Below are positions 1-9,553 of a stretch of DNA of 64,000 bases, piece by piece. Below the pieces are notes generated by a model. That model made no database searches and was not told the DNA's origin. It was given only the letters and a program-made list of their open reading frames with translations. The stretch covers positions 3,790,521 to 3,854,520 of the forward strand of contig NC_009925.1 in the NCBI RefSeq assembly GCF_000018105.1. Reading direction: 5' to 3'. Numbering within the stretch: the stretch's first letter is position 1; each line of letters begins with the position of its first letter. The position numbers and the translations under genes were made by a program. This DNA comes from Acaryochloris marina MBIC11017. GTDB taxonomy: Bacteria > Cyanobacteriota > Cyanobacteriia > Thermosynechococcales > Thermosynechococcaceae.

Positions 1-2
1 TG

Positions 3-707
3 GTGGCTATTCCCGGGGGACAGTTCACGATGGGCTCGCCAGTAACCGAAACCCATCGTGAGAAAAACGAAGATCCGAAACATGTTGTGGATGTCCCGGC
101 GTTTTTGATGGGGAAGTATCCCATTACCCAAGCCCAGTGGCAGGCCATTATGGGGGACAATCCCTCTAAGTTTCAGGGGGCCAATCATCCCGTCGATCAA
201 GTTAGCTGGTTTTTAGCGGAAGAGTTTTGCCAGAAACTGTCTTTGGCGACGGGGCAAGACTATCGGCTGCCCAGTGAAGCCGAATGGGAATATGCCGCCC
301 GAGCGGGTACCGATACCCCGTTTCACTTCGGTCAGACCATCACCACCGATCTGGCCAATTATGATGGCAATTACGCCTATGACAAAGGCCCCAAGGGCAC
401 CTTCAGAAAAAAGACGGTTCCGGTGGACCAGTTGGCCGGGAATGCCTTTGGGTTGTTCAATATGCATGGTCAGGTTTGGGAATGGTGTCTAGACCATTGG
501 CATGACACCTATGACGGTGCGCCTAGGGATGGTACGGCCTGGGTTGAGCAGGGTGACCCAAAAATGCGCCGAGTGCGGCGAGGCGGATCCTGGTATGACA
601 GTCCCCATGCCTGCCGATCTGCATTTCGCTACCGATCCTATCCCTATGCCTATACGGGGTCTTTTGGTTTGCGCGTGGTTCTGCCTGCCCTAAATCAAAC
701 GGTGTAG
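3..707 (+). CDS. FGE-sulfatase (SUMF1/formylglycine-generating enzyme-like) domain protein, C-terminal part; the 5' end lies outside the window
   Basis: The translation carries the hallmark FGE-sulfatase motifs (GKYPITQAQW, RLPSEAEWEYAARAG, RVRRGGSW, GLRVV). The ORF runs off the window start. It is paralogous to the C-terminal half of the next gene. Confidence 0.8.
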   Translation: MAIPGGQFTMGSPVTETHREKNEDPKHVVDVPAFLMGKYPITQAQWQAIMGDNPSKFQGANHPVDQVSWFLAEEFCQKLSLATGQDYRLPSEAEWEYAARAGTDTPFHFGQTITTDLANYDGNYAYDKGPKGTFRKKTVPVDQLAGNAFGLFNMHGQVWEWCLDHWHDTYDGAPRDGTAWVEQGDPKMRRVRRGGSWYDSPHACRSAFRYRSYPYAYTGSFGLRVVLPALNQTV

Positions 708-827
708 AGGACTGGCTTTGGGGAGAGAATGCGCTAATATCCGTATCACCCTTCTAATCCGAGACATTCCCAAATAGAGCGGATACAGTAGGAATAAGGG
801 TTTTGCAGCGTATTGATATAGGTTGGA

Positions 828-2447
828 ATGGGCATCAAGCGTCGACAGTTTTTGTGGTTCGGGGGGACTGCTGTAATCAGCTTGGCCTCGTCCCAATGGT
901 CTTTCGCCAAATCAGTTCGGGATATTCGCCAAATTGCCCGTCACATTACCGTTCGCATTATGACCCAAGGCCCTTCTGGCTCCGGGGTGTTAATCAAGCG
1001 AAATGACAATATCTACACCGTACTGACGGCGGCCCATGTGATCAAAAACTCCAACCGGGGTGAGGAAGCCTATGTGGAAACCTATGACGGTGAAACCCAT
1101 CTCCTCAATACCCAAATGATGCAGGTGGATGTCAAAGCGGATATTGCGATCGCAACCTTCACTTCCAGCAACAACTATCGCACCACCAACATTGGCAAGT
1201 TTAAAGACCTGGGCATTTTGGATGACATTTATGTCGGTGGTTATCCCCTAGCCGATCAGGCCATTTCCGTCTCCACCATGACCCTAACTCGGGGCGAAGT
1301 GGCCTCCATTGGTGAATTTGAGGATGGCTATGGGTTTTCCTACACGGCCGTCACCAAGGCAGGCATGAGCGGTGGCCCAGTGTTAGATCGCGAAGGTCGC
1401 CTAATTGGGATTCATGGTCGGGCGGCGGGACAGCGCTTACAAGACGTGCGGATTAAAGATGGTTTGAATTTAGGGATTCCGATCTCAACTGCGATCGCAA
1501 CCTTTGGTCTCGACAATCAGTACCGGCCCCTGACCGCTGAGCAACCGGATACATCTGAACCCCAGACCTCTGAACCCTCTGAACCGGAGTCCACCCAAGC
1601 GCCACCGGAGGAGACTCTGCCCGGCCTCTCTCGGTTTGCCTTTGAAGTGGTGGCAGTGAATGCCCAAGGTCAAATCCAAACCCGCAGCCGTCAGTCTGCC
1701 CAATATTATCGCCAGCAGCTAAAACAAGATCAGACCCTGGATATGGTCTATATCCCTGGGGGAAAATTTAGTATGGGCTCTCCGGCAACGGAAGCCAATC
1801 GTCAAGGCAGTGAAGGTCCCCAACACCTGGTCACAGTTCCCACCTTTTTTATTGGCAAATATCCGATTACCCAAGCCCAATGGCAGGCCGTGATGGGGGA
1901 GAATCCGGCCAAGTTTCAGGGGGCAGATCGTCCCGTCGAGCAAGTGAGCTGGCAGGCCGCGACGGAGTTTTGCCAAAAACTATCGGAACTCACGGGCCAG
2001 GACTATCGTTTACCCAGCGAAGCAGAATGGGAATATGCTGCTCGTGCCGGGACTAGCGCACCCTTCTGTGTGGGGGCTACCCTGACCACGGACTTAGCCA
2101 ACTACGACGGCAACTATACCTATGGTCGCGGTCCGCGGGGCACCTTTCGCAAGGCCACAACTCCCGTTGGTCAATTTTCACCCAACCCCTTTGGTCTTTA
2201 TGACATGCATGGCCAGGTCTGGGAATGGTGTCAAGATCATTGGCATGACACCTACAAAGGGGCACCTGCGGATGGATCGGCCTGGGTGAAGGATACGGAT
2301 GTGCGATCGCACCGAGTCAGACGAGGAGGATCTTGGTACGACGGTCCCCATGCCTGCCGGTCCGCCTTTCGCTATCGGTCATTACCGAGTAACTATCAAA
2401 ACTCCTATGGCCTGAGAGTGGTCTGCCAAGAGTTTAAGGATATTTAG
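828..2447 (+). CDS. Secreted trypsin-like serine protease domain fused to a C-terminal FGE-sulfatase domain, with a Tat-type signal peptide
   Basis: The N-terminus has a twin-arginine motif (KRRQFLWFGG). A chymotrypsin-fold protease core follows (TAAHV..., GMSGGPVLDREGRLIGIHG), then a Pro/Glu/Thr linker. The C-terminal FGE-sulfatase domain closely resembles ORF 3..707. Confidence 0.8.
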   Translation: MGIKRRQFLWFGGTAVISLASSQWSFAKSVRDIRQIARHITVRIMTQGPSGSGVLIKRNDNIYTVLTAAHVIKNSNRGEEAYVETYDGETHLLNTQMMQVDVKADIAIATFTSSNNYRTTNIGKFKDLGILDDIYVGGYPLADQAISVSTMTLTRGEVASIGEFEDGYGFSYTAVTKAGMSGGPVLDREGRLIGIHGRAAGQRLQDVRIKDGLNLGIPISTAIATFGLDNQYRPLTAEQPDTSEPQTSEPSEPESTQAPPEETLPGLSRFAFEVVAVNAQGQIQTRSRQSAQYYRQQLKQDQTLDMVYIPGGKFSMGSPATEANRQGSEGPQHLVTVPTFFIGKYPITQAQWQAVMGENPAKFQGADRPVEQVSWQAATEFCQKLSELTGQDYRLPSEAEWEYAARAGTSAPFCVGATLTTDLANYDGNYTYGRGPRGTFRKATTPVGQFSPNPFGLYDMHGQVWEWCQDHWHDTYKGAPADGSAWVKDTDVRSHRVRRGGSWYDGPHACRSAFRYRSLPSNYQNSYGLRVVCQEFKDI

Positions 2448-2469
2448 CAGCCCAGATGGCCCCAAAGAA

Positions 2470-5400
2470 CTAACCCACTAACTCCGGGGTCTTCTGGTCA
2501 ATCAATCCTGCTAGGGTATCGAGTAACTCCTGCTCGTTAAAGGGCTTGGAGAAATAAGCCGACGCACCCAAATTCATGGCCACCTTGCGGTGTTTTTCGT
2601 GACTGCGAGAGGTCAGCATCACAATCGGCAAGTCTTCAAACTGAAGTTGGCCTTTGACTTCTTCCAGTACGCCATAGCCATCCAAGCGAGGCATTTCAAT
2701 ATCACAAACCACTGCCTGTACAGCTAAGCCGCTTTCCAGTTTGTCCACGGCTTCTTGGCCATCCTTGGCCTGTTCAACCTGATAGCCCGCTTTTTCTAGG
2801 GTCAGGGCTAAGAAACGACGGACATTAACAGAGTCATCCACCACCAGGATGGTATTGTCTGAGCTGACGGAGGGCAGAGATTCGATGGGAGGCGTGATGT
2901 CGGTTTGTTGTCGTTCCAGGGACCATTTGAGAATGGACAAGGGGTCGAGGATGGGGACCACGCGACCGTCCCCTAAGACAGTAGAACTTACAAATCCGGG
3001 GGGCATGGGTAAGGGGCTGGCGATGTCGCGAATGGTTACTTCCTGTTCACCCCAGAACCGTTCAATTTCTAGGCCACCGATCTGGTCATCCTCCCCAACT
3101 ACGAGAATAGTGGGTTTGTTAATAACCGGAGTCCCGGACATTTCGGAGAATCGGCGGGTTTGATTAAAGGCCCAATGCTGAGCCAAGTTGATGATGGGAA
3201 TGGAGCGATCTTGCCAGGTCAACGTGTGAGACGCTTCGATCCTTTGAATTTGGTCTGATTGCAATTGCAAAAGTTCGCAAATGCTTTCACTCGGCACCGC
3301 AAAGATGAATCCTGAATGCTCGAGCAGCATGACGCGCAAAATTGAGAGGGTATAGGGAACTGAAATGGTGAAGGTGGTGCCTACACTCTGTTCAGTATGG
3401 ACCTGAATTTCACCTCGGATGTCGCGAAGATTGTTGCGCACAACATCCATGCCGACGCCGCGTCCAGAGATTTCAGTCACTTGGTCCGCTGTACTAAAGC
3501 CCGGTTCAAAAATACAGTCTAATAAATCGGCTTCAGAGAGTTGAGAGACTTCCCACTCCGGAATGCCCATGGCCTGCAAACGATCACGGACCTTATCAAG
3601 GCGAATCCCTGCACCATCATCGCTCAGGGTAATGACTGTTTGTGCCCCTCGATTACGGGCTTGAATCGTAATCGTGCCTTTTGGCGCTTTGCCAATGGAA
3701 GTCCGGCGTTCCTGGCTGCCAATCCCATGATCAAAGGCATTACGAAGTAGATGATTAAGGGCATCTCCTAGGGGGTCCAGTACTGCTCGGTCAATCAGGG
3801 TGGCGTCCCCTTCCATCAACAGGTTGACCGGCTTATTAAACTGAACGCTCAAGTCTCGAATCATCCGGGGAAACCGTTTGACGATTTCTCGGAAAGGCAC
3901 CATCTGGGTGCGGGTGACATTCGTCTGCAATGAGCGGGTGGTTTGGTTAATATCGCGGACCGCCTGACCCATATCCTGTAGGGTCAGTTCAATATCGGAA
4001 CCCACCTCTTGTAACTGAACAATCGTTTCGATTTGGTCTTGGGCAATCAGGTGCAAGTCCGTATACTGGTCCATTTCTAGGGCATCAAATTGCCCGGATC
4101 TGGGCTCAGCCAGTTGTTCGGGTTGAGCGGGAGCGGCTTCTTCGGCAGGGACGATGCCTTCCATAGAGGCGCGGTCGTACCATTGCTGAAGTTGTGTATT
4201 GGAGGCTTCTAACTGACGAATCCGCTGTCGAATCAGTTGGGTGTAGGCTTGCAACTGCTCAAAACGCAAATTGACCGTATTCCGATCTAGAATCAACTTC
4301 CCAAACAGGGTATTAAATTGCTCCAGTTGTTCCACGGGAACCCGCACCGTTTTACCGCTGAGGGGCTTCACGGGAGCAGCAGAAGGCTGGGCTGCCGTGG
4401 TTTGTTCCAAAATTTGAGCCGCACTCTCCAGGGTTAAGGGGAGATCAGCAACTTCTTCTTTGATTGTTGAGTCTGCCGTAGATTCAACCAGATCGGAAGT
4501 CACTTCAAAGGCCTGCTGTAGATCCGCTAGCTCCACCGAATCCTGCAGATTGGCGAGGGCATCTGCGTTTAACAAGTCTTCTGGCGCAAAGTCATCAGTA
4601 GCGATTTCGGCAGGAAATTCCAGCGCTGGCTCGGGCAACTCGACTGATAAGGCATCGGCTAAGTTGGCGATTGCTGGATCATCTAGAGCAATGTTCTCGA
4701 AATTGACCGCTTCTGGTGCTTCAGGACCAGGTAGATTCATGGCTAAATCATCCGCTAGATCAGCGACAGCCGAATCCTCAAGGGCCACATTCTCCAGATT
4801 GACCGCTTCTGGTGCTTCAGGACTAGGCAGATCCGTGGCTAAAGCATCCGCTAGATCAGCGACAGCCGGATCATCAAGGGTAATCTCTTCTAGCGCTTCG
4901 GCGTTAGGCAGATCGGTGGCTAGGGCATCTGCTAAGTGGGCAACAGCCGGATCATTAAAATCAAGGTCTTCTATGGGGTCCGCTTCTATCGATTCAGGAT
5001 TAGGTAGATCCGTTCCTAAAGCACCTGCGAGATCGGCGACAGGGGCATCCTCTAGGTTAATCTCTCCTGGCAACTCAATGGTACCAAAGTCAGCTTGCAG
5101 AGCTGATAGGTCGACGGAGCCAAGGGCAGTTTCAAAGTCGGCTTCGGGGCTGGAGGCCATCGTTGGCGTAAAGTCCAGCAGTTCATGGGGGAGCTTCTCG
5201 AAACTGCGGCGCAGGACCAGCGCATGGGACCGTCGCCAGGTTTTGAGGGCGGCCATTGAGAGTTCAGGAATCTGCTCCGGCACGACCTGGGTCGCCAGTT
5301 CCTGGATTGATTGGCAGAGCTGAATAAAAGAGTCTAAATTGGCCATATGGCCGAAGGCCACCAATTCTTCGGCGGTCATCGCGAGTTCAGCCGCTAGTTG

Positions 5401-5937
5401 AGGGGCTGGCAAGGTGCCAAAATAGCCTTCAATGCGATCGAGAACAGCTTCCACCCCATCCTCAAACATAAGTAACGCTGGATCGATTTCCTCTTCGCCA
5501 CCACTGAGAAGTGCATTTTCGTCTGCATCTGTTACCTCGCCCAAATGGGTCTGCAGTTGGTCGAAGACGGGGGTGATATGGGCAGCCATCCAGTCAGCAT
5601 CAATGTCAGCCCCTTGCTGATAGCGATCGCCTACTTGTCGTAAGCAGTCTAAGCCCTGCAACAGGAGGGTTTCTACCTCTGTTGCGATGATTTTGGAGGC
5701 ATGGTGTACCCGCAGAATCTTGAAAAAATCTTCCAGACGGTGGGCCACTTTACTCAGATCCATCAGCCCCATCATCGCCGCCCCCCCTTTGACAGAGTGG
5801 GAGGCTCTGAGCGCTTCATCGAGTTGTTCGGGGTCTGCTGCGTTGGTGGCTAGACCCAGCAAAACGCGTTCAATCTTTTCGTAGCAGTCTTCCGCTTCTT
5901 CGAGAAATTTGAACTGGACTTGTTGTTCTTTATCCAT
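2470..5937 (-). CDS. CheA-like hybrid histidine kinase with the domain order Hpt, acidic repeat linker, HATPase, CheW-like, C-terminal receiver. It matches the PilL/HmpE type of the type IV pilus chemosensory system
   Basis: The Hpt motif is HSVKGGAAMMGL. The HATPase boxes are LRNAFDHGIG, DDGAGI and GRGVGMDVV. A CheW-like region sits after the kinase core. The C-terminal REC domain is VVDDSVNVRRF...DIEMPRLDGY...KPF. The gene is last in a co-directional chemotaxis-like operon. Confidence 0.9.
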   Translation of the reverse strand: MDKEQQVQFKFLEEAEDCYEKIERVLLGLATNAADPEQLDEALRASHSVKGGAAMMGLMDLSKVAHRLEDFFKILRVHHASKIIATEVETLLLQGLDCLRQVGDRYQQGADIDADWMAAHITPVFDQLQTHLGEVTDADENALLSGGEEEIDPALLMFEDGVEAVLDRIEGYFGTLPAPQLAAELAMTAEELVAFGHMANLDSFIQLCQSIQELATQVVPEQIPELSMAALKTWRRSHALVLRRSFEKLPHELLDFTPTMASSPEADFETALGSVDLSALQADFGTIELPGEINLEDAPVADLAGALGTDLPNPESIEADPIEDLDFNDPAVAHLADALATDLPNAEALEEITLDDPAVADLADALATDLPSPEAPEAVNLENVALEDSAVADLADDLAMNLPGPEAPEAVNFENIALDDPAIANLADALSVELPEPALEFPAEIATDDFAPEDLLNADALANLQDSVELADLQQAFEVTSDLVESTADSTIKEEVADLPLTLESAAQILEQTTAAQPSAAPVKPLSGKTVRVPVEQLEQFNTLFGKLILDRNTVNLRFEQLQAYTQLIRQRIRQLEASNTQLQQWYDRASMEGIVPAEEAAPAQPEQLAEPRSGQFDALEMDQYTDLHLIAQDQIETIVQLQEVGSDIELTLQDMGQAVRDINQTTRSLQTNVTRTQMVPFREIVKRFPRMIRDLSVQFNKPVNLLMEGDATLIDRAVLDPLGDALNHLLRNAFDHGIGSQERRTSIGKAPKGTITIQARNRGAQTVITLSDDGAGIRLDKVRDRLQAMGIPEWEVSQLSEADLLDCIFEPGFSTADQVTEISGRGVGMDVVRNNLRDIRGEIQVHTEQSVGTTFTISVPYTLSILRVMLLEHSGFIFAVPSESICELLQLQSDQIQRIEASHTLTWQDRSIPIINLAQHWAFNQTRRFSEMSGTPVINKPTILVVGEDDQIGGLEIERFWGEQEVTIRDIASPLPMPPGFVSSTVLGDGRVVPILDPLSILKWSLERQQTDITPPIESLPSVSSDNTILVVDDSVNVRRFLALTLEKAGYQVEQAKDGQEAVDKLESGLAVQAVVCDIEMPRLDGYGVLEEVKGQLQFEDLPIVMLTSRSHEKHRKVAMNLGASAYFSKPFNEQELLDTLAGLIDQKTPELVG
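4560..5070 (-). repeat. Intragenic tandem repeats in the CheA Hpt-kinase linker, about six copies encoding acidic D-P-A-V-A-D-L-A-D-A-L-A-T-D-L-P-x-P-E-A-P-E-A units
   Basis: Near-identical blocks of roughly 100 nt recur in the DNA (gaccgcttctggtgcttcagga...gctagatcagcgacagccg). The protein shows the matching repeated motifs PAVADLADALATDLP. Confidence 0.8.
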
Positions 5938-6026
5938 AGTGCTGAGGCGATGATAGGTCGCTAATGTCGATGAGGGGCATCCTGTATCTCAATCCAGAGG
6001 GCTCGAAAGGCAAGCGCTCGAAGGTT

Positions 6027-8435
6027 TTAGCTTGCTTCTTCGACCTTAAACTGGGCCACGGCTGCTTCCATCTGCTCGGCCACGGCTGCTGTTTCCTGCA
6101 TGGATTCGGCCACCTGGGTGGAGGATTCCGCTCGTTGTTCAGATTGGGCTGCCATTTGCTGCATAAGGGTCGTCACCACTTTGGAGGTTTCGGTTTGGGA
6201 TACGGTGGCGTCAGAAATCGAACGCATCAGGTCGTTAATTTCTTGCGAACGGTTGAGAACAACCGCCAGCTTGTCTTTGGTCGTTTCCACTAGGCGGGTA
6301 CTATCGACCACCTGGTTGGTGCCGATTTCCATGGCTTCGGTTACTTCTTTGGTCTCGGCTTGAATACCAGCCACAATTTGGGCAATTTCCTTGGTCGCAG
6401 CAGCGGACTGTTCCGCCAGAGCACCCACCTGTTCCGCAACCACGGTGAAACCTTGCCCCTGCTCACCGGCCCGGCTGGCCTCTACACTGGCGTTAATGGC
6501 TAGGAGATTCGTTTTCAGCGCGATTTCTTCAATCAAAGACACCACCTGGGAAATCTTTTGGGAGGATTCACCCAAACGCTTAATTTTCTTAGCCGTTTCA
6601 CCCACCGTATTTCGCAGACTGAGAATACTATCCACCGTTTGATCCATGGCATCACTTCCTTCTTGAACCGTGGTGTAGGCTTGGTCAGAAATCAGCGCGG
6701 CTTTACCAGCGTTGCTGGCTACATCCTCAATGGAGGTGGACATTTGCTCAATGGAGTCCAGCGTGGAACGGGTTTGCTCGGTTTCTTGGATAGCTTGTTC
6801 AGCAAGGGTCTGCATTTCCCCTTTGCTCTCGTTCAGAGACGAACTCACCTTGACCGAAGAGTCTTTTACTTGGGCCGCAATCTCATTGAGGTTATCGATA
6901 ATGGCGTTGAACAAGTCCGCAACGGTACTCATTTCCATCGAGTTTAAGCTGGCGCGGACGGTTAAGTCGCCATCCACCGCTTCTCCCACTTCATCGAGGA
7001 GCTGGTAAATTTCCATTTCCAGTTTGTCGCGGGATTCTCTTTGCTCTTCGGCGGTTTGTTCCGTTTTGTCGAGTAGAGTTTTCACCTCAGACACCATGGT
7101 GTTAAAGGTGCGAGCTAGGGCTCGGGTTTCGCGGGTGCCGTCCACTTCCGCTTCGACATCCAAGTTACCGCTAGCGGCTTCGTCAGCAGTATCCGTCAGT
7201 TTGGCGAGGGGATTGGAAACGGTCCCGGCTAGCCAGTAAATCACGGCGGTAATAAAACCTGCCAGTAATAGACCCATACCCCCGAACAGAATCAACTGCT
7301 GTTGCGCCAAAGCGGCTTCTTCTGCCGTTTCCACGGAGGCAATCGCCACCAGTTTTGTCCCTGGAATAATGGACACGTTAAAGAATCGATCCTTGTAGGT
7401 AAAGGAGGCAATCACTAACTTGAATTCTCCTGCTACCTGTTCTTTGGTCTTCAGGTCAGTAATGCCGGGAATATTTCGAATCTGAGCCTTTGTGGCATTC
7501 AAATCACCTGCTTCTGCTTCCAGATAATCTTCGATGAGTTTGGCAGCTGCTACCACATCTGCCCCACCTGTCACCTCTTGATTTTGGAGATCACTTCCTT
7601 TAGCCGTAATGGTATCTACTACTGCGTTGGTCTCTAGTTTGGGATTCACAATTTGGACAATTTCTGACTCGGTTAGGTTGGGAGACACCAGGGTACTGAT
7701 GGCTTCGTCTAACGCTTTCGTTGGTATTGCAACTTTCGTCACCCCAATGAAATTACCCGCATCATCTTTAACTTGTTTGGAAAGGGCAATGATGTTTTGA
7801 TTGGCTGATTCATCGAACTCCGGTTCTTCGATAAATTGCCCTTTCTCTTTGGCCATTTGCCACCAGCGTTCATCATTCTGGACAAAGTCGGAGGTGGGAT
7901 TGCTATAGCCCACGTTAAATCCATATTTGTCCGTGACGAACACCTCAGCCAACTGACCATTTTTGACGACGCGTTGTAGGTACTCATTCAATTTAGCGTT
8001 GGGTTTTAGCAGTTTGGTACTCGCAAACTGCTGTTCCACTACTTCAATAGGCTTCTGGGGCAAGCCTTGGGCCTCAGCTTGTTGGGCGCCAGCTTGGACC
8101 GCTTCTAGTAATAATGGGTCACTATCAATAATGTCTGGAAATTTCAGGGCGTCTTTTAAGAAAATGGCGCTGGCTTCACTAGACAGCAAGCTCACCTCTT
8201 CCAACTGCAACAGGGCTTTTTCCTTGAGCTGGGCTTCTGTTTGCACGTAACCGATCACACTGGCAATGGCCACCGGGGCCAAGGCTACGGGCAAAACGGT
8301 GGTTAATAGTTTTTGGCGCAGGGTGGCAGCCGGTTTGGTGTAGGGGGTGGCTGGGTCAACGTTGAGATCTTGGGCCGCCATGTTGCCGTTGCTGGCCGTG
8401 GCGTCTGCTAGGGTCATGTCCTGTTGGGTCGTCAT
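6027..8435 (-). CDS. Methyl-accepting chemotaxis protein (PilJ/HmpD-like), with N-terminal TM/periplasmic region, HAMP domain and MCP signalling domain
   Basis: The C-terminal half contains the conserved MCP signalling hairpin (GEQGQGFTVVAEQVGALAEQSAAATKEI) and HAMP-like heptads. There is an internal TM segment (LILFGGMGLLLAGFITAVIYWL). The gene sits between the cheW and cheA genes. Confidence 0.9.
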   Translation of the reverse strand: MTTQQDMTLADATASNGNMAAQDLNVDPATPYTKPAATLRQKLLTTVLPVALAPVAIASVIGYVQTEAQLKEKALLQLEEVSLLSSEASAIFLKDALKFPDIIDSDPLLLEAVQAGAQQAEAQGLPQKPIEVVEQQFASTKLLKPNAKLNEYLQRVVKNGQLAEVFVTDKYGFNVGYSNPTSDFVQNDERWWQMAKEKGQFIEEPEFDESANQNIIALSKQVKDDAGNFIGVTKVAIPTKALDEAISTLVSPNLTESEIVQIVNPKLETNAVVDTITAKGSDLQNQEVTGGADVVAAAKLIEDYLEAEAGDLNATKAQIRNIPGITDLKTKEQVAGEFKLVIASFTYKDRFFNVSIIPGTKLVAIASVETAEEAALAQQQLILFGGMGLLLAGFITAVIYWLAGTVSNPLAKLTDTADEAASGNLDVEAEVDGTRETRALARTFNTMVSEVKTLLDKTEQTAEEQRESRDKLEMEIYQLLDEVGEAVDGDLTVRASLNSMEMSTVADLFNAIIDNLNEIAAQVKDSSVKVSSSLNESKGEMQTLAEQAIQETEQTRSTLDSIEQMSTSIEDVASNAGKAALISDQAYTTVQEGSDAMDQTVDSILSLRNTVGETAKKIKRLGESSQKISQVVSLIEEIALKTNLLAINASVEASRAGEQGQGFTVVAEQVGALAEQSAAATKEIAQIVAGIQAETKEVTEAMEIGTNQVVDSTRLVETTKDKLAVVLNRSQEINDLMRSISDATVSQTETSKVVTTLMQQMAAQSEQRAESSTQVAESMQETAAVAEQMEAAVAQFKVEEAS

Positions 8436-8507
8436 GGTCTTGTGGTGAAAGTAACTAAGGAGTAAAGAAAGCTGCCAACTGGACGTTGACGGGTATGCTG
8501 TTGCAGG

Positions 8508-9071
8508 TTAGGTCGGATATAAAGCCGGTGCTTTGGCCAGGAATGGCGGATAGAAAAGATACAGGGTTTGCTCGTCCTGTTGGCAAGTGGCTGTAACGTA
8601 GGGACTTAGGTTTGCCGGACAGGCAGCAATTTCGGTTTGCAGTTGCTCTTCTTGTAAGCGGGTGACCCCTTGAATTTGGGGAACGGCCAGCCCCAAAAGC
8701 GCCTCTCCATTTCCCGAGCGTTGATAGTCAGAAGGAGGTACCCGGACAACAATCACGCGGTATCGGCGCTGGCTACCGATGATATCGGGGTATCCCAACA
8801 ACTGGGGCAGATTGACCACACAGAAGACCTGATCTCGGGAATTCATTAACCCCAGCACCGATCGGGCCATATTAGGGATGAGGGTAATCTGCTCAGCCTC
8901 TACAATTAAGGACTCTTGGACATGCTCCATTGAGAGCAAAGCACCGATACCCTCTGCCACCATAAACCGCAGATAGGGTTGTCCGGTGAGCTGGGTGGAC
9001 TGAAATAACTGGGGTAGCAGCTCTTGCAGTCGTGATAGTGAAGTTGTAGAGGCAGTCGGTTGTTGGGTCAT
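8508..9071 (-). CDS. CheW-like coupling protein (PilI/HmpC-like)
   Basis: It is about 190 aa with a single CheW-type domain. It lies directly between the CheY and MCP genes of the operon. Confidence 0.8.
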   Translation of the reverse strand: MTQQPTASTTSLSRLQELLPQLFQSTQLTGQPYLRFMVAEGIGALLSMEHVQESLIVEAEQITLIPNMARSVLGLMNSRDQVFCVVNLPQLLGYPDIIGSQRRYRVIVVRVPPSDYQRSGNGEALLGLAVPQIQGVTRLQEEQLQTEIAACPANLSPYVTATCQQDEQTLYLFYPPFLAKAPALYPT

Positions 9072-9545
9072 TTATTTCATTGCCGCTCTCAGGGCACTCA
9101 CGAGTTCTTGCTTGGTGCAGGGTTTTGTGACATAGGCTTCTACCCCTTGCTTGGCAGCCCACATGCGATCGACATCTCGATTCTTAGCGGTACAGGCCAC
9201 CACGGGAATATCGGCGGTGTCGGGGTTCTTGCGTAGCTTCCGGGCTAGGTCTAACCCGCCCATTTCCGGCATCATCCAATCGGTGACAATGGCGTCGGGC
9301 TTGTTCTGACTAACTTTTTCTAGTGCCTCTGTGCCATTGGTGGCCGTGACGATGGTGTAGCCTTCTTCGGTCAGGTATTGACAGAGTAAGTCCAGTTCGG
9401 ATTGGAGGTCATCGACGACTAAGATTTTGCTGCTCATGGTGTGTCCTTGGGTGGCTAAGTTATGAAACGTAAGTAGAGTTGAGGAACTGGAATGAGAGTG
9501 GTGTGGGGTAGACGGGCTACCCAATGTGAGTCTATTGGAACTCAC
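9072..9545 (-). CDS. CheY-like single-domain response regulator (PilH/HmpB-like)
   Basis: The receiver domain motifs are ILVVDD, TATNGTEALEK, MPEMGGLDL and the KPCTK lysine. Confidence 0.85.
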   Translation of the reverse strand: MSSNRLTLGSPSTPHHSHSSSSTLLTFHNLATQGHTMSSKILVVDDLQSELDLLCQYLTEEGYTIVTATNGTEALEKVSQNKPDAIVTDWMMPEMGGLDLARKLRKNPDTADIPVVACTAKNRDVDRMWAAKQGVEAYVTKPCTKQELVSALRAAMK

Positions 9546-9553
9546 CTATACTC

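Noticed and set aside
4560-5070. CRISPR array
   Set aside because: The only tandem repeats in the window are in-frame coding repeats of about 100 nt within the CheA gene. There are no short palindromic repeats with unique spacers, and no cas genes.
4460-5323. 287-aa Ser/Ala-rich ORF on the plus strand
   Set aside because: It lies antisense within the CheA-like gene, exactly over the tandem repeat region. Its low-complexity composition is the mirror image of the acidic repeat, so it is a frame artefact.
6100-8250. Multiple 60-130-aa plus-strand ORFs within the MCP gene region
   Set aside because: They are antisense to a well-supported MCP CDS and are low complexity.
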